A stretch of 64,000 nt of DNA from an uncultured Hymenobacter sp. Its GTDB lineage: Bacteria > Bacteroidota > Bacteroidia > Cytophagales > Hymenobacteraceae. The stretch is taken from the NCBI GenBank assembly GCA_964242665.1, contig CAXTBA010000014.1, forward strand, positions 7,885-71,884. The letters are read 5' to 3'. Shown here piece after piece: positions 19,389-28,986 of the stretch. Position numbers and translations under genes: made by a program. Positions within the stretch are counted from its first letter, which is position 1; the number at the start of each line of letters is the position of its first letter. The notes below the pieces were generated by a model, which saw only the letters and a list, made by a program, of their open reading frames with translations, did not search any database and had not been told where the DNA came from.

Positions 19389-19735
19389 CTTATTATGTTG
19401 GGTTGATTGGTTTCCAGCCGTATGATGCGGGCGTCGTGTTGTTCTAATAGCCGGCGGGTGTAAAGGCCTTCCTCCCGAAAAGCGGCGATGAGCATCTCGG
19501 TGTTGCTGCCGCTTTCTTCTGTTAGCGCTTTGACAGAATCAGCCAGCGTGTTCATTGAAGTCGCCAACTGCCCGATAACGGTTTTTACGTTTCGCAACTC
19601 GACTTCTAAATTTTCCACGCTATGGCTGAGATGCACGGTCACGGTTTGTAGCTGCTTAATGTCGCCGCGCAACTCGTGCACCTCAATCAGAATCTCTGAC
19701 GCGACGAGCGGCAAATCCTGGTTTTGGTCGGCCAT
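19370..19735 (-). CDS. Coiled-coil hypothetical protein inserted between nuoE and nuoF
   Basis: 121 aa from ATG 19735, 4 bp after the nuoE stop; heptad periodicity; overlaps the nuoF start by 19 nt. Confidence 0.7.
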   Translation of the reverse strand: MADQNQDLPLVASEILIEVHELRGDIKQLQTVTVHLSHSVENLEVELRNVKTVIGQLATSMNTLADSVKALTEESGSNTEMLIAAFREEGLYTRRLLEQHDARIIRLETNQPNIIRWAASY

Positions 19736-19739
19736 GATG

Positions 19740-20312
19740 CTAATTATTTTGCAGCGAGGTAGGCAAACCATTTTCTTCCCACGGCAAAATGGGGCGGTGA
19801 ATCTGGGCGCGCAACTCGTTGAGCATGGCGTCCACTGCTTCGGGCGTATCGAGGCTTTCGTAGTATTGCTCGCGCACTTGCACCACGGGAGCGAAGCCGC
19901 AAGCAGCCAAGCACTCAACTTCTTTCAGTGTGAAGTTGCCGTCGGGCGAGGTTTCGCCCACTTTCGCGCCGGTAATGCGTTCCAGGTTGGCCGTCAATTC
20001 ATCGGAGCCGCGCAGCATGCAGGGCCCCGTGCGGCAGATTTCCAGCACGTGCTTGCCCACGGGCTTGAGGTTGTACATGGTGTAAAACGTGGCCACCTCG
20101 TACACCTCAATGGGCCTGATGTTCAACGTCTCGGCCACTAAATCCTGCACTTCGGGACTCACCCAGCCGCCAAACTCGGCCTGCGCGATGTGCAGCAGCG
20201 GCAGCAGCGCCGATTTACTGCGCTCAGCCGGGTAGCGAGAAATGATGCGCTTGATTTCTGCCTGTGCGGCGGGCGAAAATTGCGGCTTAGTGGGCGCGGT
20301 CGTGGGGGCCAT
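19740..20312 (-). CDS. nuoE: NADH-quinone oxidoreductase subunit E
   Basis: VATFYTMY, CRTGPC, ECLAACGFAP. Confidence 0.95.
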   Translation of the reverse strand: MAPTTAPTKPQFSPAAQAEIKRIISRYPAERSKSALLPLLHIAQAEFGGWVSPEVQDLVAETLNIRPIEVYEVATFYTMYNLKPVGKHVLEICRTGPCMLRGSDELTANLERITGAKVGETSPDGNFTLKEVECLAACGFAPVVQVREQYYESLDTPEAVDAMLNELRAQIHRPILPWEENGLPTSLQNN

Positions 20313-20334
20313 AGGGGTCAAAATCAATCAGAAA

Positions 20335-21597
20335 CTAAGCGTCCAACTCGCCGGCAATCACGTTCATCGACGACAAAATCACGATGGCGTCCGACAAGGT
20401 AGTGCCCACGGCCATTTCGGGGTAAGCCTGGTAGTAAATGAAGCACGGCCGACGAAAATGCAGCCGGTAGGGCGTGCGCCCACCGTCCGAAACCAAGTAA
20501 AAGCCCAGTTCGCCGTTGCCGCCTTCCACCGAGTGGTACACTTCGCCCACGGGGGCTTCAATTTCGCCCATCACGATTTTGAAGTGGTAAATCAGGGCCT
20601 CCATATTTTTATACACGGCCTGCTTGGCGGGCAGGTAGTAGTGTGGGGCATCGGCGTGGTAGGGGCCCTCGGGCAGCTTGTCGAGAGCCTGGTTGATGAT
20701 GCGCAGGCTCTGCCAGATCTCCTCGTTGCGCACGATGAATCGGTCATAGGTGTCGCCGTTGGTGCCCACCGGAATGTCGAATTCGAAGTCTTCGTAGGAA
20801 GAATACGGGTTCATCACCCGCACGTCGTAATCGACGCCGGCGGCCCGCAGGTTGGGGCCCGTAAAGCCGTAGCTCAGCGCCTTTTCGGCCGAGATGGGAC
20901 CCACGTTCACCACGCGGTCCATGAAGATGCGGTTGCGGTTGAACATCGCCTCAAATTCTTTCATCACGGCCGGGAAAGTCTTCAGCCAGGTCCGCAGCTT
21001 TTCAAGGGCCACCGGCGTGAAATCGCGCTCCATGCCGCCCACGCGGCCCATATTGGTGGTAAGGCGGGCCCCGCATACCTCTTCGTAAATCTCATAAATC
21101 TTCTCCCGCTCCTGAAACACGTACAAAAAGCCAGTGAAGGCCCCCGTGTCCACCCCCAAAATAGAATTGCAAATAAGGTGGTCAGCAATACGAGCCAACT
21201 CCATCATAATCACGCGCATGTACTGGGCGCGCTTCGGTACGGTCACGCCCAATAGCTTTTCCACCGTCATGTGCCAGCCCATGTTATTAATGGGACTAGA
21301 GCAGTAGTTCATCCGATCGGTCAGGGTCGTAATCTGATAGAACGGGCGGCGCTCGGCGATTTTCTCGAACGCTCGGTGGATGTAGCCGATGGTGGGCACG
21401 CCCGACACAATCCGCTCGCCGTCCATTTGCAGGATGTTCTGGAAAATGCCGTGCGTGGCCGGGTGCGTGGGACCCAGGTTCAGGGTCGTCAACTCCTGGT
21501 TGAAGTCGTTGTGCAAGGGAATCAGGATTTTGTCCTGCTGCTCGTGCGCTTCTTCTATGATGCGGTGGGTGCCTTCCAGCGTGTCGTTTACTGCCAT
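20335..21597 (-). CDS. nuoD: NADH-quinone oxidoreductase subunit D
   Basis: NLGPTHPATHG, GYIHRAFEK, DRMNY, GELG. Confidence 0.97.
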   Translation of the reverse strand: MAVNDTLEGTHRIIEEAHEQQDKILIPLHNDFNQELTTLNLGPTHPATHGIFQNILQMDGERIVSGVPTIGYIHRAFEKIAERRPFYQITTLTDRMNYCSSPINNMGWHMTVEKLLGVTVPKRAQYMRVIMMELARIADHLICNSILGVDTGAFTGFLYVFQEREKIYEIYEEVCGARLTTNMGRVGGMERDFTPVALEKLRTWLKTFPAVMKEFEAMFNRNRIFMDRVVNVGPISAEKALSYGFTGPNLRAAGVDYDVRVMNPYSSYEDFEFDIPVGTNGDTYDRFIVRNEEIWQSLRIINQALDKLPEGPYHADAPHYYLPAKQAVYKNMEALIYHFKIVMGEIEAPVGEVYHSVEGGNGELGFYLVSDGGRTPYRLHFRRPCFIYYQAYPEMAVGTTLSDAIVILSSMNVIAGELDA

Positions 21598-21618
21598 GAC
21601 GAGGGTATCAGGGGCCGT

Positions 21619-22179
21619 TTAGCGGCCGAAAAACAGGTCGGTTTTGTCTTCGCGGGTGCCGTCTTCGAGCGGAAATTCCCGGCGCATGGGAAAATAATCC
21701 ATGTCTTCCACGTTCAGGATGCGAATCAGGTTGGGATGACCGGTGAAGATAATACCGAAGAAATCGTAGGCTTCGCGCTCCATCCAGTTGGACGTCAAGT
21801 AAATGTCGGTCAACGTGGGTACCACCGGATCGGCCACCGGGAAAAAAATCTTGAGCCGCAGGCGAATGTTTTGCGTCAGGCTGTGCAAGTGGTAAACCAT
21901 GCCCAACTCTTTCCCCAGGTTTTCGGGGTAGTTAATGCCGCACATCGTGGTAAGGAAGTGGAAGCCAATTTCCTCGTCCTGCTTCAGGCCAGCGATAATG
22001 CTGTGGATGCGTTCCCGCGTAGTCGTCACCGTGAGCAGGCCGTAAGGCTCTTCCACGTCAGTAAAGACCTCCTCGCCAAACAATTGATGCAGCCGCGCCA
22101 GCACGCGGGCGTTCTGAACCTTGTTGGGGTCGTCGGCAACAGCCGGGGGCGCGGGAGCGGCAGAATCTTGGGGCGTCAT
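21619..22179 (-). CDS. nuoC: NADH-quinone oxidoreductase subunit C
   Basis: WMEREAYDFFGIIFTGHPNL, FPMRREFPL. Confidence 0.95.
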   Translation of the reverse strand: MTPQDSAAPAPPAVADDPNKVQNARVLARLHQLFGEEVFTDVEEPYGLLTVTTTRERIHSIIAGLKQDEEIGFHFLTTMCGINYPENLGKELGMVYHLHSLTQNIRLRLKIFFPVADPVVPTLTDIYLTSNWMEREAYDFFGIIFTGHPNLIRILNVEDMDYFPMRREFPLEDGTREDKTDLFFGR

Positions 22180-22184
22180 TTTTG

Positions 22185-22287
22185 AGCTATTAGCGGATAT
22201 CTGCTATTAGCCGTTGGCTTTCAAACTATTGAGAACCTGCTTCACTTCTGAAAAAAGCCAGCAGCCAATAGCTAACAGCCGACGGCT
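22185..22287. repeat. Heptamer inverted repeat (GCTATTA type) between nuoB and nuoC
   Basis: GCTATTA..GCTATTA GCCGTTG GCTTT opposite AAAGC CAGCAGC CAATAGC TAACAGC CGACGGC. Confidence 0.75.
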
Positions 22288-22841
22288 TACTTAATGTTAT
22301 AAGACGTCAGCAGAGCCTGATACTCAGGTGAGTTGCGGCGGCGGAGCGATTCATTTTTGGCCAGGTCCTGCACGCGCATCAAGCCGTCGAGCACTTGCTC
22401 GGGGCGAGGCGGGCAGCCAGGCACGTACACGTCAACCGGGATGATGCGGTCGATGCCTTGTAGCACCGAGTACGAGTCGAAGATGCCGCCCGAGCAGGCG
22501 CATGCCCCCATAGCCAGCACCCAGCGGGGCTCGGCCATCTGCTCATACACTTGCTTCACGATGGGGGCCATCTTTTTGGCAATAGTGCCCATCACCATCA
22601 ATAAGTCGGCTTGGCGGGGCGAAAAACTGGGCCGCTCCGAGCCGAAGCGCGAGATGTCGTAGTGCGAGCCCATGGTGGCCATGAACTCGATGCCGCAGCA
22701 CGAAGTAGCGAAGGGCAAGGGCCAGAGCGAATTGGCGCGGGCGATGCCCACCACTTTCTCCAGCGAGGTGGCAAAGAAGCCAGCGCCTTCGATGCCTTCG
22801 GGGGCCCCAACGGTTTTTATTTCTGGAACGCGAGTGTCCAT
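22287..22841 (-). CDS. nuoB: NADH-quinone oxidoreductase subunit B
   Basis: [31 protein letters not shown]. Confidence 0.97.
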   Translation of the reverse strand: MDTRVPEIKTVGAPEGIEGAGFFATSLEKVVGIARANSLWPLPFATSCCGIEFMATMGSHYDISRFGSERPSFSPRQADLLMVMGTIAKKMAPIVKQVYEQMAEPRWVLAMGACACSGGIFDSYSVLQGIDRIIPVDVYVPGCPPRPEQVLDGLMRVQDLAKNESLRRRNSPEYQALLTSYNIK

Positions 22842-22918
22842 AATCGTCAAAATATCAAGTGGAAAGGCTCAAAAGCCTGCTTTCCCAACACCGCTCCTCC
22901 GGCAAAAGTTTGGGCAAA

Positions 22919-23311
22919 TCAAGCTTCGTTCCAGCGCAGGATGCCCTTTTTGATGACGTAGCCGAAACCGGCCAGCAGCAGAGCCATAAACACAATCATC
23001 TCCACGAAACCGGCCGAGCCCAGGGCCCGGAAGTTCACGGCCCACGGGTACATGAAAATCACTTCCACGTCGAACAGCACGAACAGGATGGCGGTGAGGA
23101 AATACTTCACCGAAATGGGCGTGCGGGCGTTGCCCACGCTCTCGATGCCGCACTCGAAGGCCTCGTCCTTCACCTTTGACTTGCGCCGGGGGCCGATGAG
23201 GTGCGAGGTGATCATGGCGAAAGCCACAAAAGCTATTGCCAAACCAAATTGGATGACGATGGGCAGGTAGTCGGAGGGCTGATAACCAGCGGCAGGCAAA
23301 GCTAGTAGCAT
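22919..23311 (-). CDS. nuoA: NADH-quinone oxidoreductase subunit A
   Basis: FECGI, FVLFDVEVIFMYPWA, KKGILRW. Confidence 0.95.
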   Translation of the reverse strand: MLLALPAAGYQPSDYLPIVIQFGLAIAFVAFAMITSHLIGPRRKSKVKDEAFECGIESVGNARTPISVKYFLTAILFVLFDVEVIFMYPWAVNFRALGSAGFVEMIVFMALLLAGFGYVIKKGILRWNEA

Positions 23312-23354
23312 AAGAGTCAGAAGGAAAGGGAAACGCCGCACAGGCGCTGGAGGG

Positions 23355-23362
23355 CAAAGGTA
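23355..23362 (-). promoter_or_regulatory. -7 element for the nuo operon
   Basis: TACCTTTG on the minus strand 44 bp upstream of nuoA. Confidence 0.6.
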
Positions 23363-23460
23363 GCGCTTGTGGGTTTGGGGCGCAACGCGGGCGGGGTATG
23401 CGGGGCAGCAACCTCGTTTGCATCCCATTGGTTGGCTCGGACGGAACTAATACTTGCCGT

Positions 23461-23497
23461 AAAAAAAGCCCCGCATCAGCGTTAATGCGGGGCTTTT
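23461..23497 (-). terminator. pruA terminator
   Basis: AAAAAAAGCCCCGCAT...ATGCGGGGCTTTT. Confidence 0.85.
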
Positions 23498-23504
23498 GAT
23501 GCGA

Positions 23505-25169
23505 TTACAGGCCCGTGTCGCGGTTCAGGTCTTCGGCCGGAGCGGCCCCCAGGAAAGGGTAGCGGTAGTCGGTGGCCGGCACGAAAGTTTCCTTAATGGT
23601 GCGGGGCGACACCCAGCGCAACAGGTTCAGGATAGAGCCGGCCTTGTCGTTGGTGCCCGAAGCGCGGGCCCCGCCGAAAGGCTGCTGGCCCACCACGGCC
23701 CCGGTGGGCTTGTCGTTGATGTAGAAGTTGCCGGCCGCGTTCACCAGGCGCTTGGTGGCCAGGTCAATGGCATAGCGGTCTTGCGAGAAAACGGCCCCGG
23801 TAAGAGCGTAAGGCGATGTGCTGTCTACGAGGCCCAGCGTGGCCTCAAACTGGTCGGCGTCGTACACGTAAACCGTCACGACGGGCCCGAACAGTTCGTC
23901 GCACATCGTCACGTATTTCGGGTCTTTGGCCACGATAACGGTGGGGGCCACAAAGTAGCCCTTGGCCTTGTCGTAGGTGCCGCCGGCCACGATTTCGGCG
24001 TTAGGGTCGGCCTTCGCGCCGTCGATGTAGCGGGCGAGCTTGTCGAACGAAGCTTCGGTGATGACGGCGTTGATGAAGTTGCCAAAGTCCTCTACGTCGC
24101 CTATTTTGAACGAGGCCAAGTCTTCCTTCACGTAGCCCAAAACTTCGTCGGCCAGGTTCGAAGGCAGGTACACCCGCGAGGCAGCCGAGCACTTCTGGCC
24201 TTGGTACTCAAAGGCCCCGCGCGAAATGGCCGTGGCCACGGCTTTGGCGTGGGCCGAGGGGTGGGCCAGGATAAAGTCCTTGCCGCCGGTTTCGCCCACG
24301 ATGCGCGGGAAGCTGCGGTAACCGCCGATGTTGTCACCAATCTCTTTCCAGATGGTCCGAAACACGCCCGTCGAGCCCGTGAAATGAATGCCGGCGAAGT
24401 CGCGGTGCTTGAAAATCACGTCCCCGGCCACGGGGCCATCCACGTAAATCAGGTTGATGACGCCGTCGGGCACGCCGGCCTCCTTGAACAGCTCCATCAG
24501 GACCTGGGCCGAGTAGATTTGGGGGTAGGCGGGCTTCCACACCACCACGTTACCCATCAGGGCCGCCGCGGCGGGCAGGTTGCCGGCAATGGAAGTGAAA
24601 TTGAACGGCGTAAGCGCGAACACAAATCCCTCCAAAGGCCGGTGTTCCAGCCGGTTCCACATGCCGGAGTGGCTTTGGGGCTGCTGCCCGTACACCTCCT
24701 GCATGAAGTGCACGTTGAAGCGGAAAAAGTCAATCAACTCACAGGCGGCGTCGATTTCGGCCTGGAAAGCGTTTTTGCTCTGCCCCAGCATGGTGGCCGC
24801 GTTGAGGCGGGCGCGGTAGGGCCCCGCCAGCAAGTCGGCGGCTTTGAGAAAGATGGCGGCGCGCTCTTCCCAGGCCAGGGCGGCCCAGGCCGGGCGGGCC
24901 GCCAGCGCCGCGTCGATGGCCTGGCGCACATGGCCGGCGTCGCCCTCGTGGAAATGGGCCAGGACGTGCCGGTGGTCGTGGGGCGGGCTTAGGGGCAGGC
25001 GGCGGCCGGTGCGCACTTCCTGCCCGCCGATGTGCATTGGGATGTCGCGCTCCTGCTGCTTCAATTCCTTCAGCATCTTGATCAACTCCAGCCGCTCAGG
25101 CGAGTTGGGCGCGTAGCCCTTCACGGGCTCGTTGATGGGTGTCGGAACGTTAAAAAAACCGTTGGCCAT
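23505..25169 (-). CDS. pruA: L-glutamate gamma-semialdehyde (P5C) dehydrogenase
   Basis: PFNFTSIAGNL, FTGST, GETGGKDF, FEYQGQKCSA, NDKPTGAVVGQQPFGG. Confidence 0.96.
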   Translation of the reverse strand: MANGFFNVPTPINEPVKGYAPNSPERLELIKMLKELKQQERDIPMHIGGQEVRTGRRLPLSPPHDHRHVLAHFHEGDAGHVRQAIDAALAARPAWAALAWEERAAIFLKAADLLAGPYRARLNAATMLGQSKNAFQAEIDAACELIDFFRFNVHFMQEVYGQQPQSHSGMWNRLEHRPLEGFVFALTPFNFTSIAGNLPAAAALMGNVVVWKPAYPQIYSAQVLMELFKEAGVPDGVINLIYVDGPVAGDVIFKHRDFAGIHFTGSTGVFRTIWKEIGDNIGGYRSFPRIVGETGGKDFILAHPSAHAKAVATAISRGAFEYQGQKCSAASRVYLPSNLADEVLGYVKEDLASFKIGDVEDFGNFINAVITEASFDKLARYIDGAKADPNAEIVAGGTYDKAKGYFVAPTVIVAKDPKYVTMCDELFGPVVTVYVYDADQFEATLGLVDSTSPYALTGAVFSQDRYAIDLATKRLVNAAGNFYINDKPTGAVVGQQPFGGARASGTNDKAGSILNLLRWVSPRTIKETFVPATDYRYPFLGAAPAEDLNRDTGL

Positions 25170-25237
25170 AGTTGGAATGCGTTTTCGGTGGCGGTGGGAG
25201 GAAGGCCACAAAGGTAGGCAGGGCCCCGGCCGTCGGT

Positions 25238-25927
25238 TTACAGGAAACCGCGCAACTCGTCGAGGCTGCTGATTTCGTAGGTGGTCTGGGCGAAGTGCCG
25301 CCGTTTCGCCGGGTTGAAGTACACTTGGTCAATGCCCGCGTTGTAGGCCCCCAGCACGTCGCATTCGAGGTTATCGCCGATCATTAGGCTTTCAGCAGCG
25401 GTGGCCCCGGCGGCTTGCAGGGCATGGGCAAACATGCGCGGGTCGGGCTTGAGGCAGCCGGTGTGCTCGGAAGTAATCACCTGGTCGAAGTACTGCGTCA
25501 GGTTCGAAGAAGCCAGCTTGCGGTGCTGCACGTCCTCAAACCCGTTGGTAATCAGGTGCAGCGTGTACTTGCCGCGCAGGTAGTCCAGCGTTTCGTAGGT
25601 GTGCGGAAACACGGCCGACTTCTGGGGCAGAATATCGGTAAAATCGGCCGAGAGGGTCGGTGGCACGTCGGCCGCGTCCACGCCCAGCTTGGCCAGCGTG
25701 CGCACGAAGCGCACTTCGCGCAACTGCGTTTGCGTCACTTTATTGGCCTGGTACAAGCGCCACAGTGCGTGGTTTACATCGTTGTACACCCGGCTGAAAG
25801 CATCCAGCCCGATGCCGTGGCGGGCCAAGTGGTGCCGTTCAAAAAGCGTGGCCAGCGTTTCGTTGGCGTTGGTTTCAAAGTCCCACAGCGTGTGGTCGAG
25901 GTCAAAAAACAGGTGCCGATAGGCCAT
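25238..25927 (-). CDS. HAD-family YjjG-like noncanonical pyrimidine nucleotidase
   Basis: FDLDHTLWDF, ITNG, KPDP, GDNLECD. Confidence 0.9.
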   Translation of the reverse strand: MAYRHLFFDLDHTLWDFETNANETLATLFERHHLARHGIGLDAFSRVYNDVNHALWRLYQANKVTQTQLREVRFVRTLAKLGVDAADVPPTLSADFTDILPQKSAVFPHTYETLDYLRGKYTLHLITNGFEDVQHRKLASSNLTQYFDQVITSEHTGCLKPDPRMFAHALQAAGATAAESLMIGDNLECDVLGAYNAGIDQVYFNPAKRRHFAQTTYEISSLDELRGFL

Positions 25928-25942
25928 GCGGAAGGGGAAAAG

Positions 25943-26266
25943 CTATTTGCCGAGCAAAAATTTTGTTGCGATGCGGCCTTCACCCAAGTGCTCGCGCACG
26001 ATGGCGGCGCAGTCAGCGGGCTGCACGTCGCCGTAGGTCACGCCGTCGGGGTACACGGTGAGGGCCGCGCCCGCGCCTTTCTTGCAGTGCTTGCAGCGGT
26101 CGAGGCAGTCGCACTCCTGCACGGCGTTGCGTAGTTTTTCGCCGCTGTCGGTGCGCACGGTTTTCAGGCCCTGGTCTTTAATGGCGTGCTTCAGGGCCTT
26201 GGCTACGTCGTGGCCCACGCCGCTTTTCTGGTTAACGCAAACGAACAGGTGATGTGCATAATGCAT
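25943..26266 (-). CDS. Thioredoxin-like (2Fe-2S) ferredoxin
   Basis: HLFVC, CLDRC, VYPDGVTYG, IVREHL. Confidence 0.8.
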   Translation of the reverse strand: MHYAHHLFVCVNQKSGVGHDVAKALKHAIKDQGLKTVRTDSGEKLRNAVQECDCLDRCKHCKKGAGAALTVYPDGVTYGDVQPADCAAIVREHLGEGRIATKFLLGK

Positions 26267-26297
26267 AATTTATCAGCTTATTAATTTTTAAAATAGT

Positions 26298-26693
26298 TTA
26301 CTGCGGGGCCCCGCCCGTCCAGTGCCGGTTCTGAAGCTTGTAAGCGGCCAGCTCGCGGTTCGACCACAGGGTTTGGTATACCTGCTGGTCGCGCAGCAGC
26401 TGCGGGTCTTTTTCCATGAAGCCCAGTAGTAGCTGCACTAGGTCCTGGGCCTCGTCTTTCAAAAAATAGAACATCCAGTTGTCTAGGCGGCGCATGCTCA
26501 CCAGGCCGGCGTTCTTCAACTGTGCCAGCTGGCGCGAGGTTTTGGTTTGGGTAAAATCGAGCACCTGCTCCAGGTCGGCCACCACCATTTCGTGGTTGCG
26601 CCACAGCAAGTGCAGGATGCGTACCCGGCTGTCGTCGCCGAACGCTTTAAAAAGTTGCTGACCGAACGCAACCGTGAAATGTTTCAAGCGCAT
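26298..26693 (-). CDS. ArsR/SmtB family transcriptional regulator
   Basis: FKAFGDDSRVRIL, QTKTSRQLAQLKNAGLV winged HTH. Confidence 0.9.
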   Translation of the reverse strand: MRLKHFTVAFGQQLFKAFGDDSRVRILHLLWRNHEMVVADLEQVLDFTQTKTSRQLAQLKNAGLVSMRRLDNWMFYFLKDEAQDLVQLLLGFMEKDPQLLRDQQVYQTLWSNRELAAYKLQNRHWTGGAPQ

Positions 26694-26736
26694 CTAGTGT
26701 CTGGAAGCGGGCTGTTGCCGTATGTTTCCCGTTGCC

Positions 26737-26776
26737 CAAAGGTATGGCCCGGCCGGCCTTAAGGGTTGTATCTTTG
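26737..26776. promoter_or_regulatory. Divergent pair of -7 elements
   Basis: CAAAGGTA (26737-26744, minus-strand TACCTTTG) and TATCTTTG (26769-26776, plus). Confidence 0.6.
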
Positions 26777-26794
26777 CTTACTAGCCCATCCATC

Positions 26795-27487
26795 ATGCCC
26801 GTTACCCACCGCCCCCGGGGCCTCTCGTTTGCGCTTGCCGCCGTGCTGGTGGGCGCTTTGCTGCTGCTGGCGGCCCCCCAGGCGCAGGCGCAGGGCAAGC
26901 GCAAGATTATTCAGTTCACCGGCATCGTGGCCAGCGGCGACAGCTTGCTGGGCGTGCCCGGGGCCACGGTGTACGTGCCCAAGGCCGGGCGCGGCACGGC
27001 CACCAACATCTACGGCTACTTTTCGATGGCCGTGCTGGCCGGCGACAGCATCGTGATCCGCTCGCTGGGCTACGCCAACCAGTTCATTGTCATCCCGGCT
27101 GACTATCAGCGCCAGAGCTACTCGGTCATCATCCACCTCCAGGAAGACGCGACGGTGCTGCCCGAGGTGCGCGTGTTTCCTTACGCCACCGAGCGCGAGT
27201 TCAAGCAGGCATTTTTGGCGATGAAGATTCCCAGCGAGAGCCGCACGCCGGGGGCCGACGCCCTTAACGAGCAGACCATGCGCCGCATCTTCAACACGCT
27301 GCCGCAAAGCTCAACGGCCAGCTACCGCCAGACTATGAGCTTGCAGCAGCAGGACTACAACGCCCGCATGGGCCTGGGCCAGTCGCTGCAAGCCAACAAC
27401 CCGCTCACCAATCCGTTCAGCTGGTTGAAATTTGTGAAGCAGGTGAAGGACGGCGAATTTAAGAAAAAGGAAGGCGTCGATTATTAG
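26795..27487 (+). CDS. Exported protein with a carboxypeptidase-like regulatory domain
   Basis: Signal peptide; GVPGATV...GTATNIYGYF...RSLGY...LPEVRV. Confidence 0.85.
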   Translation: MPVTHRPRGLSFALAAVLVGALLLLAAPQAQAQGKRKIIQFTGIVASGDSLLGVPGATVYVPKAGRGTATNIYGYFSMAVLAGDSIVIRSLGYANQFIVIPADYQRQSYSVIIHLQEDATVLPEVRVFPYATEREFKQAFLAMKIPSESRTPGADALNEQTMRRIFNTLPQSSTASYRQTMSLQQQDYNARMGLGQSLQANNPLTNPFSWLKFVKQVKDGEFKKKEGVDY

Positions 27488-27558
27488 CCGGACGGCAACT
27501 GCCGGACAACTTTCGGGGTACAGTAAGGGTTTGCTACCAGCGCTTTTACTGATTTCCT

Positions 27559-28944
27559 ATGGACACCAACCTTCCTTTTTCTGATAAACCGCGGGTCGTC
27601 ATCGTGGGCTGTGGGTTTGGCGGTTTGCAGCTGGCCAAGGATTTGGCCAATGCCCCGGTGCAAGTCGTTGTTGTCGACCGCAACAACTACCACAACTTCC
27701 AGCCCCTGCTATACCAGGTGGCCACCGGGGCCCTGGAGGCGGATAGTATTGCCTACCCGGTGCGTAAGATTTTTGCGGGCCAGCGCGATTTCTTTTTCCG
27801 CGTGGCCGATGTTACGGGCGTCGACACGGCCGCCAACACGCTACACACTAGCGTGGGCGAAATTCGCTACGATTACTTGGTGCTCGCCACCGGCTCACTC
27901 ACCAATTTTTTTGGCAACGAGAGCATCGAGCGCAACGCCATGCAAATCAAAAGCATCCCGAATGCTCTGAACTTGCGCAGCTTCATCTTCCAGAACTTCG
28001 AAAAGGCACTCCTCACCACTGACGCTGAGCAGCGCCAAGCCTTGATGAACATCGTGGTGGTGGGCGGGGGCCCCACGGGCGTCGAAATCAGTGGTTCGCT
28101 GGCGGAGATGCGCAAGCACGCCTTGCCCAAAGACTACCCGGAGCTGGACTTGCACACGATGCAGATTTTTTTGGTAGAGGCCGGGCCGGTGGTGCTGGGG
28201 CCCATGTCAAAAGCTTCGCAGGACGACGCCCGCCGCTACCTCGACGAGTTGGGCGTAATCGTGCGGGTCAACACATCGGTGAAGAAATTTGAGGATTGCC
28301 GGGCTTACTATTCGGACACCGAATTCATCCCGACCGAAAACCTGATTTGGGCGGCCGGCGTGAACGGAGCTGCCCTGCCTGGCTTGCCCGACGCCGTGGT
28401 AACCCGCAACAAACGCGTCACCGTAAACCAGTGGAACCAGGTGCAAGGCCTGACCAATGTATTTGCCATCGGCGATGTGGCCAATCTCGTAACCGACGAC
28501 ATGCCTAAGGGCCTGCCCATGCTGGCCCCGGTGGCGATGCAGCAAGCCTCGCTGCTGGCTCAGAACCTGTTGCGCCTTATCAAAGGCGAAGCGCCCAAGA
28601 ACTTCGACTATTTCAACAAGGGCGTGATGGCCATCGTAAGCCGCAACAAAGCCGTGGTGGACTTGCCAAAGGGCATTCACTTCCGAGGCTTTTTCGGCTG
28701 GCTGACCTGGCTGTTTGTCCACCTGTTGCTATTGGTAGGCTTCCGCAACAAGTTGGTGGCGCTAGTCGATTGGGCGTTCAGCTACTTCACTTCCGGCCAG
28801 GCGCTGCGGCTTATCATCCGCCCCTTCAAGCGCCGCGACATGCGCGACGACCAAGGCAAGCGCACTGCCGAGCAGTTGGCGGCCACGCCCGAGTACAATC
28901 CGGGCCCGCCAGCCATTCAGGAACCAAAAGCAGTGAACAGTTAG
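27559..28944 (+). CDS. ndh: Type II NADH dehydrogenase
   Basis: GCGFGG, FQPLLYQVATG, GGGPTGVE, WAAGV, AIGD. Confidence 0.93.
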   Translation: MDTNLPFSDKPRVVIVGCGFGGLQLAKDLANAPVQVVVVDRNNYHNFQPLLYQVATGALEADSIAYPVRKIFAGQRDFFFRVADVTGVDTAANTLHTSVGEIRYDYLVLATGSLTNFFGNESIERNAMQIKSIPNALNLRSFIFQNFEKALLTTDAEQRQALMNIVVVGGGPTGVEISGSLAEMRKHALPKDYPELDLHTMQIFLVEAGPVVLGPMSKASQDDARRYLDELGVIVRVNTSVKKFEDCRAYYSDTEFIPTENLIWAAGVNGAALPGLPDAVVTRNKRVTVNQWNQVQGLTNVFAIGDVANLVTDDMPKGLPMLAPVAMQQASLLAQNLLRLIKGEAPKNFDYFNKGVMAIVSRNKAVVDLPKGIHFRGFFGWLTWLFVHLLLLVGFRNKLVALVDWAFSYFTSGQALRLIIRPFKRRDMRDDQGKRTAEQLAATPEYNPGPPAIQEPKAVNS

Positions 28945-28976
28945 CAGTTACAATTTGCTGATCCGTATTCACTGCT
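28929..28976. repeat. Short heptamer-type hairpin overlapping the ndh stop
   Basis: AGCAGTG AACAGTT AGCAGTT ... TTCACTGCT. Confidence 0.5.
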
Positions 28977-28986
28977 ATCCGGAGCC

